64,000 nucleotides of DNA from Saprospiraceae bacterium. Its GTDB lineage: Bacteria > Bacteroidota > Bacteroidia > Chitinophagales > Saprospiraceae. A program made the position numbers and the translations under genes. The notes under the pieces are model-generated. The model was given only the letters and a program-made list of their open reading frames with translations, was not told where the DNA came from and made no database searches. Position 1 is the stretch's first letter; each line of letters opens with the position of its first letter. Below are positions 46,746 to 55,347 of this stretch, one piece after another. The stretch spans positions 35,529 to 99,528 of the forward strand of contig JAJTER010000002.1 in NCBI GenBank assembly GCA_021299835.1, given 5' to 3'.

Positions 46746-48185
46746 TTAGTCAATAACGGTAATTTTAAGCATGTTGGTGCGGTGTTTTCTCATCAACGGC
46801 ATGGTACCGGTATTCACCACGACATCCCCTTTTTGAAGGACCGATTTTTCTTTTAACAAATCGACTACATCCTGAATGGTGTCATCAGTGGTAGCATAAC
46901 GATCATAATAAAAGCATTCGACGCCCCACACAAGACTTAGCGTGGCGAGCATGTGGATTTTATCACAAAAAATATACGTTTTGATATTGATATCGGGTCT
47001 AAAACTTGACACTTTAAAGGCAGTATAACCTGAACTGGTCATACCAATAATAGCGGTAGCTTTGATACTTTCAGCGGTATGAACTGCCTGTTGACATACA
47101 ACATCAGAAAGGAAAGTACGTGACTTTGCAGAAGGGATTGGTCTTTTATCCCCAATTTCGAATACTTTTTCGGCCTCTTGAATAATTCTCACCATGGCTT
47201 CAACCACTTTAATGGGATGTCTACCAACGGAAGTCTCTGCACTCAACATAACGGCATCGGCACCGTCAAATACGGCATTAGCTACATCGGTAGCTTCAGC
47301 GCGCGTTGGTGATGGATTAGTAATCATGGAATCCATCATCTGGGTAGCCACAATAACAGGTCTGGATCTACGAATACACTTTTGGATAATTTTTTTTTGA
47401 ACAACAGGCACTTGCTCAATAGGAATTTCAATGCCTAGGTCACCACGGGCCACCATAATGGCGTTAGAAGCCTTAATAATTTTATCAATTTTTTCAACAG
47501 CCTCAGGTTTCTCAATTTTAGAGATAATTTTAGCCGGGTGATTCTTAGCGTCGATTTTAACTCTTAATTCCTTAACATCTTTAGCTGAACGGACGAAAGA
47601 AAGGGCGATCCAGTTAACAGGCTGAGTAAGAATAAATTCCAGATCAATAAGATCCTTTTCGGGTAAAGAAGGAAGAGAAATTTTTGTATTGGGAAGATTC
47701 ACTCCTTTATTTGAGGACAAAACACCACCGAATAGCGTAACTAATCTAACTGTATCTTTAAAATTTGTTTCTATCACTTCGAAAACCAGTTTACCGTCAT
47801 CTACGAGAACTTTTTCACCTACCTTAACATCGGATGCAAAATCCTGATAGCTCATATAAATAGCGTCCCTGTTACCAATACAGGGTTTATTAATCAGCGT
47901 AATAACGTCTCCTTCTGCAAGTTCCAACGCATTATTTTCGATTTGACCAACCCTAAGTTTAGGTCCCTGAAGGTCGGCAAGAATGCCAATATGATAGCCA
48001 AATTTTTCATTTAACTCAGTAATACGTTGAATCACTTCAAGATGCTCATTGTGTCGACTATGAGAAAAATTGAGTCGAAAAATATTCACCCCGGCATCGG
48101 CTAAGGCGCGAAGATTCTCAATGGAGCTACAAGCAGGACCAACGGTAGCTACTATCTTTGTGTTTTTGTTAACTTTGTTATGCAT
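46746..48185 (-). CDS. pyk: pyruvate kinase
   Basis: TKIVATVGPA, NFSHS, MVARGDLGIEIP and MLSAETS motifs. Confidence 0.95.
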   Translation of the reverse strand: MHNKVNKNTKIVATVGPACSSIENLRALADAGVNIFRLNFSHSRHNEHLEVIQRITELNEKFGYHIGILADLQGPKLRVGQIENNALELAEGDVITLINKPCIGNRDAIYMSYQDFASDVKVGEKVLVDDGKLVFEVIETNFKDTVRLVTLFGGVLSSNKGVNLPNTKISLPSLPEKDLIDLEFILTQPVNWIALSFVRSAKDVKELRVKIDAKNHPAKIISKIEKPEAVEKIDKIIKASNAIMVARGDLGIEIPIEQVPVVQKKIIQKCIRRSRPVIVATQMMDSMITNPSPTRAEATDVANAVFDGADAVMLSAETSVGRHPIKVVEAMVRIIQEAEKVFEIGDKRPIPSAKSRTFLSDVVCQQAVHTAESIKATAIIGMTSSGYTAFKVSSFRPDINIKTYIFCDKIHMLATLSLVWGVECFYYDRYATTDDTIQDVVDLLKEKSVLQKGDVVVNTGTMPLMRKHRTNMLKITVID

Positions 48186-48383
48186 TTTTTTGGGTATATC
48201 ACATTTAACATTCTAATAAATGTAAGGGCGAAATAAGCAATAATATTGCAAAAAGGGGTTAAAATATGTGAAAAAATGAAAGAAAGAATGGATTAAAGCA
48301 AAAAAATAAGAAAAAACTTTGATTTTAAAGGTAGTTCTGCTTTACTTTGCACCTTATTTTAATAAACCACTAATAATTTCCCT

Positions 48384-48626
48384 ATGTCTAGCATTGCAGA
48401 AAGAGTAAGCAAGATTATCGTTAAAAATTTGGGAGTTGACGAAGCAGATGTAAATCCTGGTGCAAGTTTCACCGGTGATTTAGGAGCCGATTCTTTGGAT
48501 ACGGTTGAGCTAATAATGGCTTTTGAAAAAGAATTCGAAGTCTCTATTCCAGATGAGCAAGCGGAAAAGATTCAAACTGTTGGCGACGCCGTTAAATATC
48601 TAGAAGATCAGTTAGCTGCAAAGTAA
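48384..48626 (+). CDS. acpP: acyl carrier protein
   Basis: [16 protein letters not shown] carries the phosphopantetheine attachment Ser. Confidence 0.95.
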   Translation: MSSIAERVSKIIVKNLGVDEADVNPGASFTGDLGADSLDTVELIMAFEKEFEVSIPDEQAEKIQTVGDAVKYLEDQLAAK

Positions 48627-48646
48627 ATCTTGTGTAACTAAAGTGC

Positions 48647-48686
48647 AAACCACAAGTCTGTTAAATGTCAGGCTTGTGGTTTTTAA
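48647..48686 (+). terminator. stem-loop/partial terminator between acpP and fabF
   Basis: aaaccacaagtctg / caggcttgtggttt form a 14-bp stem with one G-U pair, followed by ttttaaaa. Confidence 0.65.
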
Positions 48687-48695
48687 AACGTTGAA

Positions 48696-49958
48696 ATGGA
48701 TCAGATGAAAAGAGTTGTTGTAACTGGTATCGGGGCGATTACGCCCATTGGTAATGATATTAATTCCTTTACCTCCAGCCTTCAAAATGGAGTCAGTGGT
48801 GCAAACCTAATTTCTCTTTTTGATCCAGCTCTTTTTAAAACGCGCTTTGCTTGTGAAGTCAAAGACTTCAATCCTGAATTGCATATTGACCGTAAAGAAG
48901 TCAGAAGGTTAGACCGTTTCGCTCAAATTGCTATTTGTTGTGCCGCGGAAGCTGTTAAAAATTCAGGCCTCGATTTCGAAGGGGATACCTCATTAGATCA
49001 CGACCGCATAGGTGTCATCTGGGGTTCAGGTATTGGGGGTCTTAGTAGTTTAGAGGAAGAAATAAAGGAATTTATGAAGGGCGATGGAACGCCCAGATTC
49101 AGTCCTTTTATGATTCCTAAAATGATTTCTGATATTGCCGCTGGACACATATCTATGAGATATGGTCTTCGTGGTATAAATTATGCCACAGTCTCTGCCT
49201 GCGCTTCAGCCACTCACGCCATCATCAATGCTATGGATGCTATCCGCTTGGGTAGGAATGATATCGTTGTCACAGGAGGTTCCGAAGCCACCGTAACCGT
49301 CGCGGGTATGGGCGGCTTTAGTGCTATGAAGGCGCTTTCCACCAGAAATGATGATTATTTAACTGCTTCCCGTCCGTTCGATAAAGATCGCGATGGGTTC
49401 GTTCTTGGTGAAGGTGGTGCTTGCATTATTTTGGAATCTTTGGAACATGCTCAAAAAAGAGGTGCCACTATTCTTGCAGAAATTGCCGGTGGCGGCGCTA
49501 CCGCTGATGCATATCATCTCACTGCACCTCATCCGGAGGGTCTGGGTGCTACTAATGTTATGAAAATTGCATTGAAAGATGCAGGTCTCAATAAATCAGA
49601 TATTGATTATGTGAATGTCCATGGAACTTCCACGCCATTAGGTGATATTGCTGAAACAAAAGCTATAATGAATGTTTTTGGCGACCATGCTTATAATATG
49701 AATATTAGTTCAACAAAATCCATGACGGGCCATTTGCTTGGTGCTGCCGGTGCCGTTGAATCCGTTGCCTCTATTCTTTCTATTATACATAAATTTGTAC
49801 CTCCCACAATCAATCATTTTACAGATGACCCTGCATTAGATGCAAAGCTTAATTTTACTTTTAATGAAGCTCAACCCAGAGAGGTAAAAGCAGCATTAAG
49901 CAATACTTTTGGGTTTGGAGGTCACAATGCGTGTGTTATCTTTAAAAAATTTGTATAA
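48696..49958 (+). CDS. fabF: beta-ketoacyl-ACP synthase II
   Basis: Active-site ACAS Cys, HGTSTPLGD, and the GHLLGAAG...FGFGGHN C-terminus. Confidence 0.95.
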   Translation: MDQMKRVVVTGIGAITPIGNDINSFTSSLQNGVSGANLISLFDPALFKTRFACEVKDFNPELHIDRKEVRRLDRFAQIAICCAAEAVKNSGLDFEGDTSLDHDRIGVIWGSGIGGLSSLEEEIKEFMKGDGTPRFSPFMIPKMISDIAAGHISMRYGLRGINYATVSACASATHAIINAMDAIRLGRNDIVVTGGSEATVTVAGMGGFSAMKALSTRNDDYLTASRPFDKDRDGFVLGEGGACIILESLEHAQKRGATILAEIAGGGATADAYHLTAPHPEGLGATNVMKIALKDAGLNKSDIDYVNVHGTSTPLGDIAETKAIMNVFGDHAYNMNISSTKSMTGHLLGAAGAVESVASILSIIHKFVPPTINHFTDDPALDAKLNFTFNEAQPREVKAALSNTFGFGGHNACVIFKKFV

Positions 49959-49969
49959 CTAATAGTCTA

Positions 49970-50707
49970 TTGCGATTACTATTCAAATTGTTTAACTTTT
50001 ATCTGTCTAAAGATAAATATTTCGCTCGACGCATGTTCGATGTTCTTGGCTTTGTTCCAGGTAACATAACTATCTATAAACTTGCCTTTTCTCATAAATC
50101 TTCCCAAAATGAAAAATCTGTCCTCTCTCAAAATAATGAGAGGTTAGAGTATCTTGGAGATGCAGTACTGGGTACTATCGTTGCAGAATACTTATTTAAA
50201 AAATATCCAGATAGCAATGAAGGTTTCCTGACCAAAATGCGTTCTAAAATCGTAAAAAGGAAAACCTTAAACCGAATTGGTGATAAGATGGAACTCGATG
50301 GCGTTTTACAGGAATTTAATAATACCAGACTAAGCAGGTCTATGCTCGGAAATGCAGTAGAGGCACTGGTTGGTGCTATTTACCTCGATGCCGGCTACGC
50401 ATTTACACAAAAATATATCGTAGAAAATATTTTACGCCGGTATCTGGATATTCATGAACTGGAAAATTACGATGACAATTATAAGAGTCAGCTCCTTGAG
50501 TGGTGCCAGAAACATGGAAAAACAATTTCCTATAAACTTATTTCAAGATATAAATTTGAAAAACGCGATCGTTTCAAAGTCGGTGTTTTTGTAAATAATC
50601 AACGCATAGCCACCGCTGACGATTTCAATAAAAAAAGTGCAGAGCAAGCCGCTTCTGAAAAAGCGATGATTGAGTTGGGTTTTCTGACTGAAGAAGATGA
50701 CGATTGA
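49970..50707 (+). CDS. rnc: ribonuclease III
   Basis: NERLEYLGDAVL signature and a C-terminal dsRBD. The N-terminal extension (RLLFK...) with a TTG start resembles other Bacteroidota RNase III proteins. Confidence 0.9.
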   Translation: MRLLFKLFNFYLSKDKYFARRMFDVLGFVPGNITIYKLAFSHKSSQNEKSVLSQNNERLEYLGDAVLGTIVAEYLFKKYPDSNEGFLTKMRSKIVKRKTLNRIGDKMELDGVLQEFNNTRLSRSMLGNAVEALVGAIYLDAGYAFTQKYIVENILRRYLDIHELENYDDNYKSQLLEWCQKHGKTISYKLISRYKFEKRDRFKVGVFVNNQRIATADDFNKKSAEQAASEKAMIELGFLTEEDDD

Positions 50708-50724
50708 TTTTTTCTACATAACAC

Positions 50725-52008
50725 ATGTCTCTATTACCTCTTTGGGAGGATATTGAAAAATTATCCCCCGATCCCGCTACCCTGGAACGATGTTATCGTT
50801 TAGCATCTCAACGATATCTAAAAGATATTGGTGTAGCAGAAGGCTATATTTGGGGTAAAATAAAAACTTCAGGGGCTTCTTTTTACCAGGTTTGCTGGCA
50901 GTTGGAAACCTTAATTTCTGCTTCTAATTCTCCGATACATCCAAAACCAGATAAATATACCTTAGCCCTCGCATTTTACTATTGTAAAAATCCAATGGCA
51001 TTTCCCACTTTTGAAGAAATCCCTTCCTGGGTGATAACTTATGTTTCAAAGAAACCATTAAGTGAGGCAGAAATACTGGAAAAAGAAGCAGAAAACCAAC
51101 GATTAAGAGAAAAAAACCAAATAAAAAGACAGGCAGAAATGCTTCAGGGGTGTTTAATATTAACCCTTTGGCTTGAAGATTGTTTGAAAATGGGTCTGGC
51201 ACGATTAAGAGAACAGCCCTACTCCTTTTGGGAATCCATCGTTACCAGACTGACTGACTTTAAGTTAAATGGCATTAGCTCTCGATTACTTCCCCTTTTT
51301 TATCAACGAAATAATGAAAACTGGATACAAATCGCCACCAAGCAACTCGGTGAAATTATTCTTTTTTGCGAGGCCTTTCAAAAATGGGATGATTTTACCA
51401 GCGAAAATCAACAAGATTTATTAGTGTATGGTGGGGCTACCATTAAAAAAGAAGTAGTGCTTAGTGAACCACCAGTAACCGACGAATGGTTTGTTTGCTC
51501 CCTTGAATATAAACAGATTAGTAATGATCTGAATGCACGGTTTATTTGGTTGTTTGGACGCTCAACAGGGCGGTATGCACAGGTAATTTCTTTCAGCTGG
51601 CGGGGAGAAAAATGGGAAGATGAGTACGAATTGCACACCCGGGTAAAAGGCAATGTACATTATTACCCTTCAGGATTTCCTCAAAGAGCTATTTTACAAA
51701 TAAGTGAAAGAGAATCAGGTAAAATCGCTTCTTTTCCAACAGATTATAAAGACTGGCATTCTTTTTTCGAATCCTATAGAATGGCCTTCAAGCGAAATTT
51801 CCTTTTAGAGGAATTTCCAGGATTTATAAGCGAGCTAACGGTTATGAATGAAAAGTCACTGATTCTATTAGATGAATCAGGTACTGCCATTGAGACAGTA
51901 CCTGATTATGATGAAAAATGGGATCTCGTTGCATTTAGCGAGAACAAAAAAGTCACCATTTTCGGCCTTTGGAATGGTCTGTATTTTATACCTAAAAGTT
52001 ATTTTTAG
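50725..52008 (+). CDS. SWIM-zinc-finger-family-like protein with a degenerate (ligand-less) SWIM motif
   Basis: The N-terminus LSPDPATLERCYRLAS...WGKIKTSGASFYQV...ISASNSPIHPKPDKYTLALAFYY parallels the ...WG.C.GSG..PY...CSCPS....PCKHALGLL pattern, but shows C>S, C>S, C>D and H>Y. Confidence 0.5.
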   Translation: MSLLPLWEDIEKLSPDPATLERCYRLASQRYLKDIGVAEGYIWGKIKTSGASFYQVCWQLETLISASNSPIHPKPDKYTLALAFYYCKNPMAFPTFEEIPSWVITYVSKKPLSEAEILEKEAENQRLREKNQIKRQAEMLQGCLILTLWLEDCLKMGLARLREQPYSFWESIVTRLTDFKLNGISSRLLPLFYQRNNENWIQIATKQLGEIILFCEAFQKWDDFTSENQQDLLVYGGATIKKEVVLSEPPVTDEWFVCSLEYKQISNDLNARFIWLFGRSTGRYAQVISFSWRGEKWEDEYELHTRVKGNVHYYPSGFPQRAILQISERESGKIASFPTDYKDWHSFFESYRMAFKRNFLLEEFPGFISELTVMNEKSLILLDESGTAIETVPDYDEKWDLVAFSENKKVTIFGLWNGLYFIPKSYF

Positions 52009-52013
52009 GTCTA

Positions 52014-52427
52014 TTATTTAACCCTTTCCGCAGCATAAACAAAATATGGGGTATCCCCTTGCCAGGGCATTGCTTTAAGTTTTTCCTTGTAATAAAGTTT
52101 AACGGGAACACCCTGAAGTGAGTCCAGAGCATGATAAACCTTTTTATTTCTTACAGAAAAATCCCAATTGGTGGACATAAAACCTTGTTTAGTTTGAGCC
52201 ATACCAGCAATTCCCAAGGTTCCTTCGTAAGTTTTAAAAATGTATCCTTTTTTAGTAATTTTCACTAAATAGCCGGAACGGGTTCCATTGCTATAAGTAA
52301 AATTACAGATTACCAGATAGCTGATAAAACCGAAGAGAATAAACCCGATAACGTAAAGAAAAAATTTCTTCATTCTATTTCCTATATTTTTTACTCCGTC
52401 TTTAACTATTTCTTTATACTCGCTCAT
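52014..52427 (-). CDS. hypothetical single-pass membrane protein
   Basis: One N-terminal TM helix (FFLYVIGFILFGFISYLVI). No motif recognised. Confidence 0.5.
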   Translation of the reverse strand: MSEYKEIVKDGVKNIGNRMKKFFLYVIGFILFGFISYLVICNFTYSNGTRSGYLVKITKKGYIFKTYEGTLGIAGMAQTKQGFMSTNWDFSVRNKKVYHALDSLQGVPVKLYYKEKLKAMPWQGDTPYFVYAAERVK

Positions 52428-52467
52428 AACATTTAATTTTTACAAAAATAGTTAAAAAATTTCATCC

Positions 52468-54273
52468 TTAGGCGCCTAAAACATAAGCATTAGCCGCAAT
52501 TAAACAATCTGCCACCATTCTTCTTGCTTCCTTAACAGGTTGAATCGGATATTTTGAGAATCTCTTCACACCCATTAAAAAAGTTTTAAGGAGATCACCT
52601 TCTGAGAATGACGATAAAGCGTCGGTAGCATTTTTTTGCATTCTAAAAGATGCATCGTGTAAAAACACTCTTAAAATGGCATCATACACCTCTTGATTTA
52701 TTTGCTTGTCCGCTTTTATAGAAAGCTTTTCTACGCGAAGCAGGGTAGATTCGGCTAAAAACAAATCGGTAAGCATATCAGAAAGATTAAATAAAACCTC
52801 TTGTTCCTCCTTCAAATTAATCTTACCGTCCATTTGAGATTTTGCAGCAGCACCTGCTACCATCAGTAAAATTTTCTTAAAATCGGTAATGGCTTTTTTC
52901 TCTTCTGCATAAGGACCAGATACATTTTCCAATACTGGCATGGAAGCTAACTCCTTTTGAACTGCCCAGGCGGGACCTACTAAATCAAGTTCTCCCTTCA
53001 GTGCCCTTTTAAAGAGTTGGTCGACCATCAACATTCTGTTTATTTCATTCGTTCCCTCGTAGATTCTATTTATTCTTGAATCCCTATAGCCTCTTGCCGC
53101 AGTTCCTTCCTCTGAGAAGCCCATGCCGCCGTGAATTTGTAAGGTTTCATCTACCACATAATCAACCACTTCCGAACCTACAATCTTTAGAATAGAACAC
53201 TCAATTGCATATTCTTCTGCCCCCTCCAATTTAGCTTTAGCAAATGGCACCCCTTCTGCAGCTAATTCCTCTCTCTTTTTTTGCAACAAATGGGAAACCC
53301 TGTATAAGGCACTTTGTCCGGAAAAAATGCGAATCGCTTGTTCTGCAATCTTATATTTAATGGCACCAAAATTAGCAATGGCCTGTCCAAATTGAACTCT
53401 TTCATTGGCATATTTAATGGCGGTATCCGCACTTCCTTGTGCACCACCCAGACATAAAGCGCCCAATTTATATCGACCGATATTCAGCACATTAAAGGCA
53501 ATTAAATGTCCCTTTCCAATATCGCCCAATAAATTTTCGACGGGAACAGCCACATTTTCAAAAAACACCTGTCTTGTAGAAGAACCCTTAATCCCCATTT
53601 TCTCTTCCTCTTCCCCAAAAGTTAGCCCTGGGGTATTTCTTTCTACTATAAATCCGGTGAATTTTTCTCCTCCAATTTTGGCAAAAACAATGAAAATATC
53701 AGCAAAACCGGCATTGGAAATCCACATTTTCTGCCCGTTTAAAATGTATTTCGTTCCATCCTCGCTTAAATCAGCCCTTGTTTTAGCTGCTAAGGCATCG
53801 GAACCTGAACCGGGTTCAGTTAAACAGTAAGAAGCTTTTAATTCCCCCAAAATAAGTCGGGGAAGATAATGAGATTTCTGTTCTTCCGTCCCAAAATATA
53901 AAATGGGCAACATACCGATACCAATGTGAGCTGCATAAGCAACCGTGAAGGATCCGGAAGGTCCCATAACCTCGCTAATCAAGGTATTAGTATGGTTATC
54001 AAAGTCTAAACCTCCATATTCTGTAGGCATGTGTGTACCCAAAAAACCAAGTTCAGCAAACTTACCAAGGACATCCAATAAAGTATTATCTTCCTGTTTG
54101 TCAATTTTTTTTGCATGGGGTAAAACTTCCTGAACCAGAAAATCATAAGCCGTCTGCCGTATCATTTTCTGTTCCTCATTGAAATCTTCCGGGATAAAAA
54201 TATCCTCAATGGTGCTTTCCTTCAATAGAAATTCACCTCCTTTTAGTTGTGACTTAACAGCTGCTGATTCCAT
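52468..54273 (-). CDS. acyl-CoA dehydrogenase family protein (long form)
   Basis: LTEPGSGSD, IYEGTNEI and the three-domain ACAD layout plus a C-terminal extension. Confidence 0.9.
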   Translation of the reverse strand: MESAAVKSQLKGGEFLLKESTIEDIFIPEDFNEEQKMIRQTAYDFLVQEVLPHAKKIDKQEDNTLLDVLGKFAELGFLGTHMPTEYGGLDFDNHTNTLISEVMGPSGSFTVAYAAHIGIGMLPILYFGTEEQKSHYLPRLILGELKASYCLTEPGSGSDALAAKTRADLSEDGTKYILNGQKMWISNAGFADIFIVFAKIGGEKFTGFIVERNTPGLTFGEEEEKMGIKGSSTRQVFFENVAVPVENLLGDIGKGHLIAFNVLNIGRYKLGALCLGGAQGSADTAIKYANERVQFGQAIANFGAIKYKIAEQAIRIFSGQSALYRVSHLLQKKREELAAEGVPFAKAKLEGAEEYAIECSILKIVGSEVVDYVVDETLQIHGGMGFSEEGTAARGYRDSRINRIYEGTNEINRMLMVDQLFKRALKGELDLVGPAWAVQKELASMPVLENVSGPYAEEKKAITDFKKILLMVAGAAAKSQMDGKINLKEEQEVLFNLSDMLTDLFLAESTLLRVEKLSIKADKQINQEVYDAILRVFLHDASFRMQKNATDALSSFSEGDLLKTFLMGVKRFSKYPIQPVKEARRMVADCLIAANAYVLGA

Positions 54274-54407
54274 AATTTTATTTTTAGCGAAATTTCGCTA
54301 CAATAATACAACAAAAATGAAAAGATAAAGGTTTATGGTTTATAAAATATGCAAAAAAATTAAACCTAATCCAGTCTATTTCAATTTAGTTATTAAAATT
54401 AATAAGA

Positions 54408-54833
54408 ATGCTCCATATTATTTTCTATTCCTTTTTTTTCTCCCTCTTCAATCCGCCTATTACTTTAGAAATTAAAATGGAAGGATTGATTCCAGAAAAG
54501 GGAACCATCCGAATTGGTCTGTATAATTCTGCGGCTGCCTTCAAAGATGAGGCAAATCCTAATCATGCCCAAGTAGTGTCCGTAGGAAAAAACGCTACAC
54601 AAATAATTAAGTTTGAAGGACTTCCCGAAGGAAAATATTTGGTTGCTGCCTATCAAGATGTAAATGGCAATAAAAAAATAGATAAAAATATTTTAGGTAT
54701 TCCAACAGAGGCTTACGCATTTTCAAATGATGTGTTTCCCAAGTGGAAAAGCCCATCGTTCAATGAAGCTGCTATAAAATTGGAAAGGCCTTATGAATCT
54801 ATTAAGCTTAAGTTTCGTACCTGGATTGAATAA
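54408..54833 (+). CDS. DUF2141 domain-containing secreted protein
   Basis: GTIRIGLYNS...NGNKKIDKNILGIPTEAYAFSN is typical of DUF2141. Confidence 0.7.
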   Translation: MLHIIFYSFFFSLFNPPITLEIKMEGLIPEKGTIRIGLYNSAAAFKDEANPNHAQVVSVGKNATQIIKFEGLPEGKYLVAAYQDVNGNKKIDKNILGIPTEAYAFSNDVFPKWKSPSFNEAAIKLERPYESIKLKFRTWIE

Positions 54834-54845
54834 TCAAAAAAATTA

Positions 54846-54863
54846 GTACGAAAAATATCGTAC
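54846..54863. promoter_or_regulatory. dyad GTACGA-N6-TCGTAC, candidate BlaI-family operator 1
   Basis: Perfect hyphenated palindrome read directly from the sequence, 69 nt upstream of the blaI-like ATG. Confidence 0.45.
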
Positions 54864-54886
54864 ATCATTTGGATGTTCCATAAATG

Positions 54887-54932
54887 TGTCTTACATTGCA
54901 CTACGAAGTTAATCGTAGATAAATGTAAGACA
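54887..54932. promoter_or_regulatory. nested dyads: tgtcttacat...atgtaagaca enclosing CTACGA-N6-TCGTAG, candidate operator 2
   Basis: A 10-bp perfect outer inverted repeat encloses an inner dyad (54901-54918) that shares the TACGA-N6-TCGTA core with operator 1. The right arm ends on the A of the start codon. Confidence 0.45.
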
Positions 54933-55330
54933 TGATAAATTTACCCAATCCAACGGAAGCGGAACTGGAAATTCTGCAAACACTATGGCAGATAGGACCT
55001 TGTTCTGTCAAGCAAGTACATGGACTTTTGCAAGAAAAAAGGGAAGTTGGCTATACCACCATACTCAAGCAATTGCAAATAATGCTGGAGAAGAAATTGG
55101 TCCAAAGAGATGAATCTGCAAGAATTCATCTTTATCAGGCGACTATTTCCGAGCAAACTACAAAAGAAAAACTAGTGCAAAAGTTTGTAATCAATACTTT
55201 TCAAGGATCTTCGCATCAATTAGTTATGCAAGTTTTAGGAAATGCAGCTGCATCCGCCTCTGAGTTGGAGGAGATAAAAAAATTGATTTCCCAATTAGAA
55301 GATCAAGATTCCACCCATCAAATTATTTAA
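54932..55330 (+). CDS. BlaI/MecI/CopY family transcriptional repressor
   Basis: Winged-helix N-terminus (ELEILQTLW...GYTTILKQLQIMLEKKLV), about 130 aa, followed by an M56 sensor gene. Confidence 0.85.
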   Translation: MINLPNPTEAELEILQTLWQIGPCSVKQVHGLLQEKREVGYTTILKQLQIMLEKKLVQRDESARIHLYQATISEQTTKEKLVQKFVINTFQGSSHQLVMQVLGNAAASASELEEIKKLISQLEDQDSTHQII

Positions 55331-55347
55331 TATTTAAAGGTATTGCC

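Noticed and set aside
53405-53830. 141-aa plus-strand ORF inside the acyl-CoA dehydrogenase gene, together with similar antisense ORFs at 788-1051, 16090-16446, 18867-19187, 25253-25651, 32150-32572, 40436-40720 and 41991-42299
   Set aside because: All are embedded antisense or out of frame within strongly supported genes. They show low-complexity or biased composition and no recognisable motifs.
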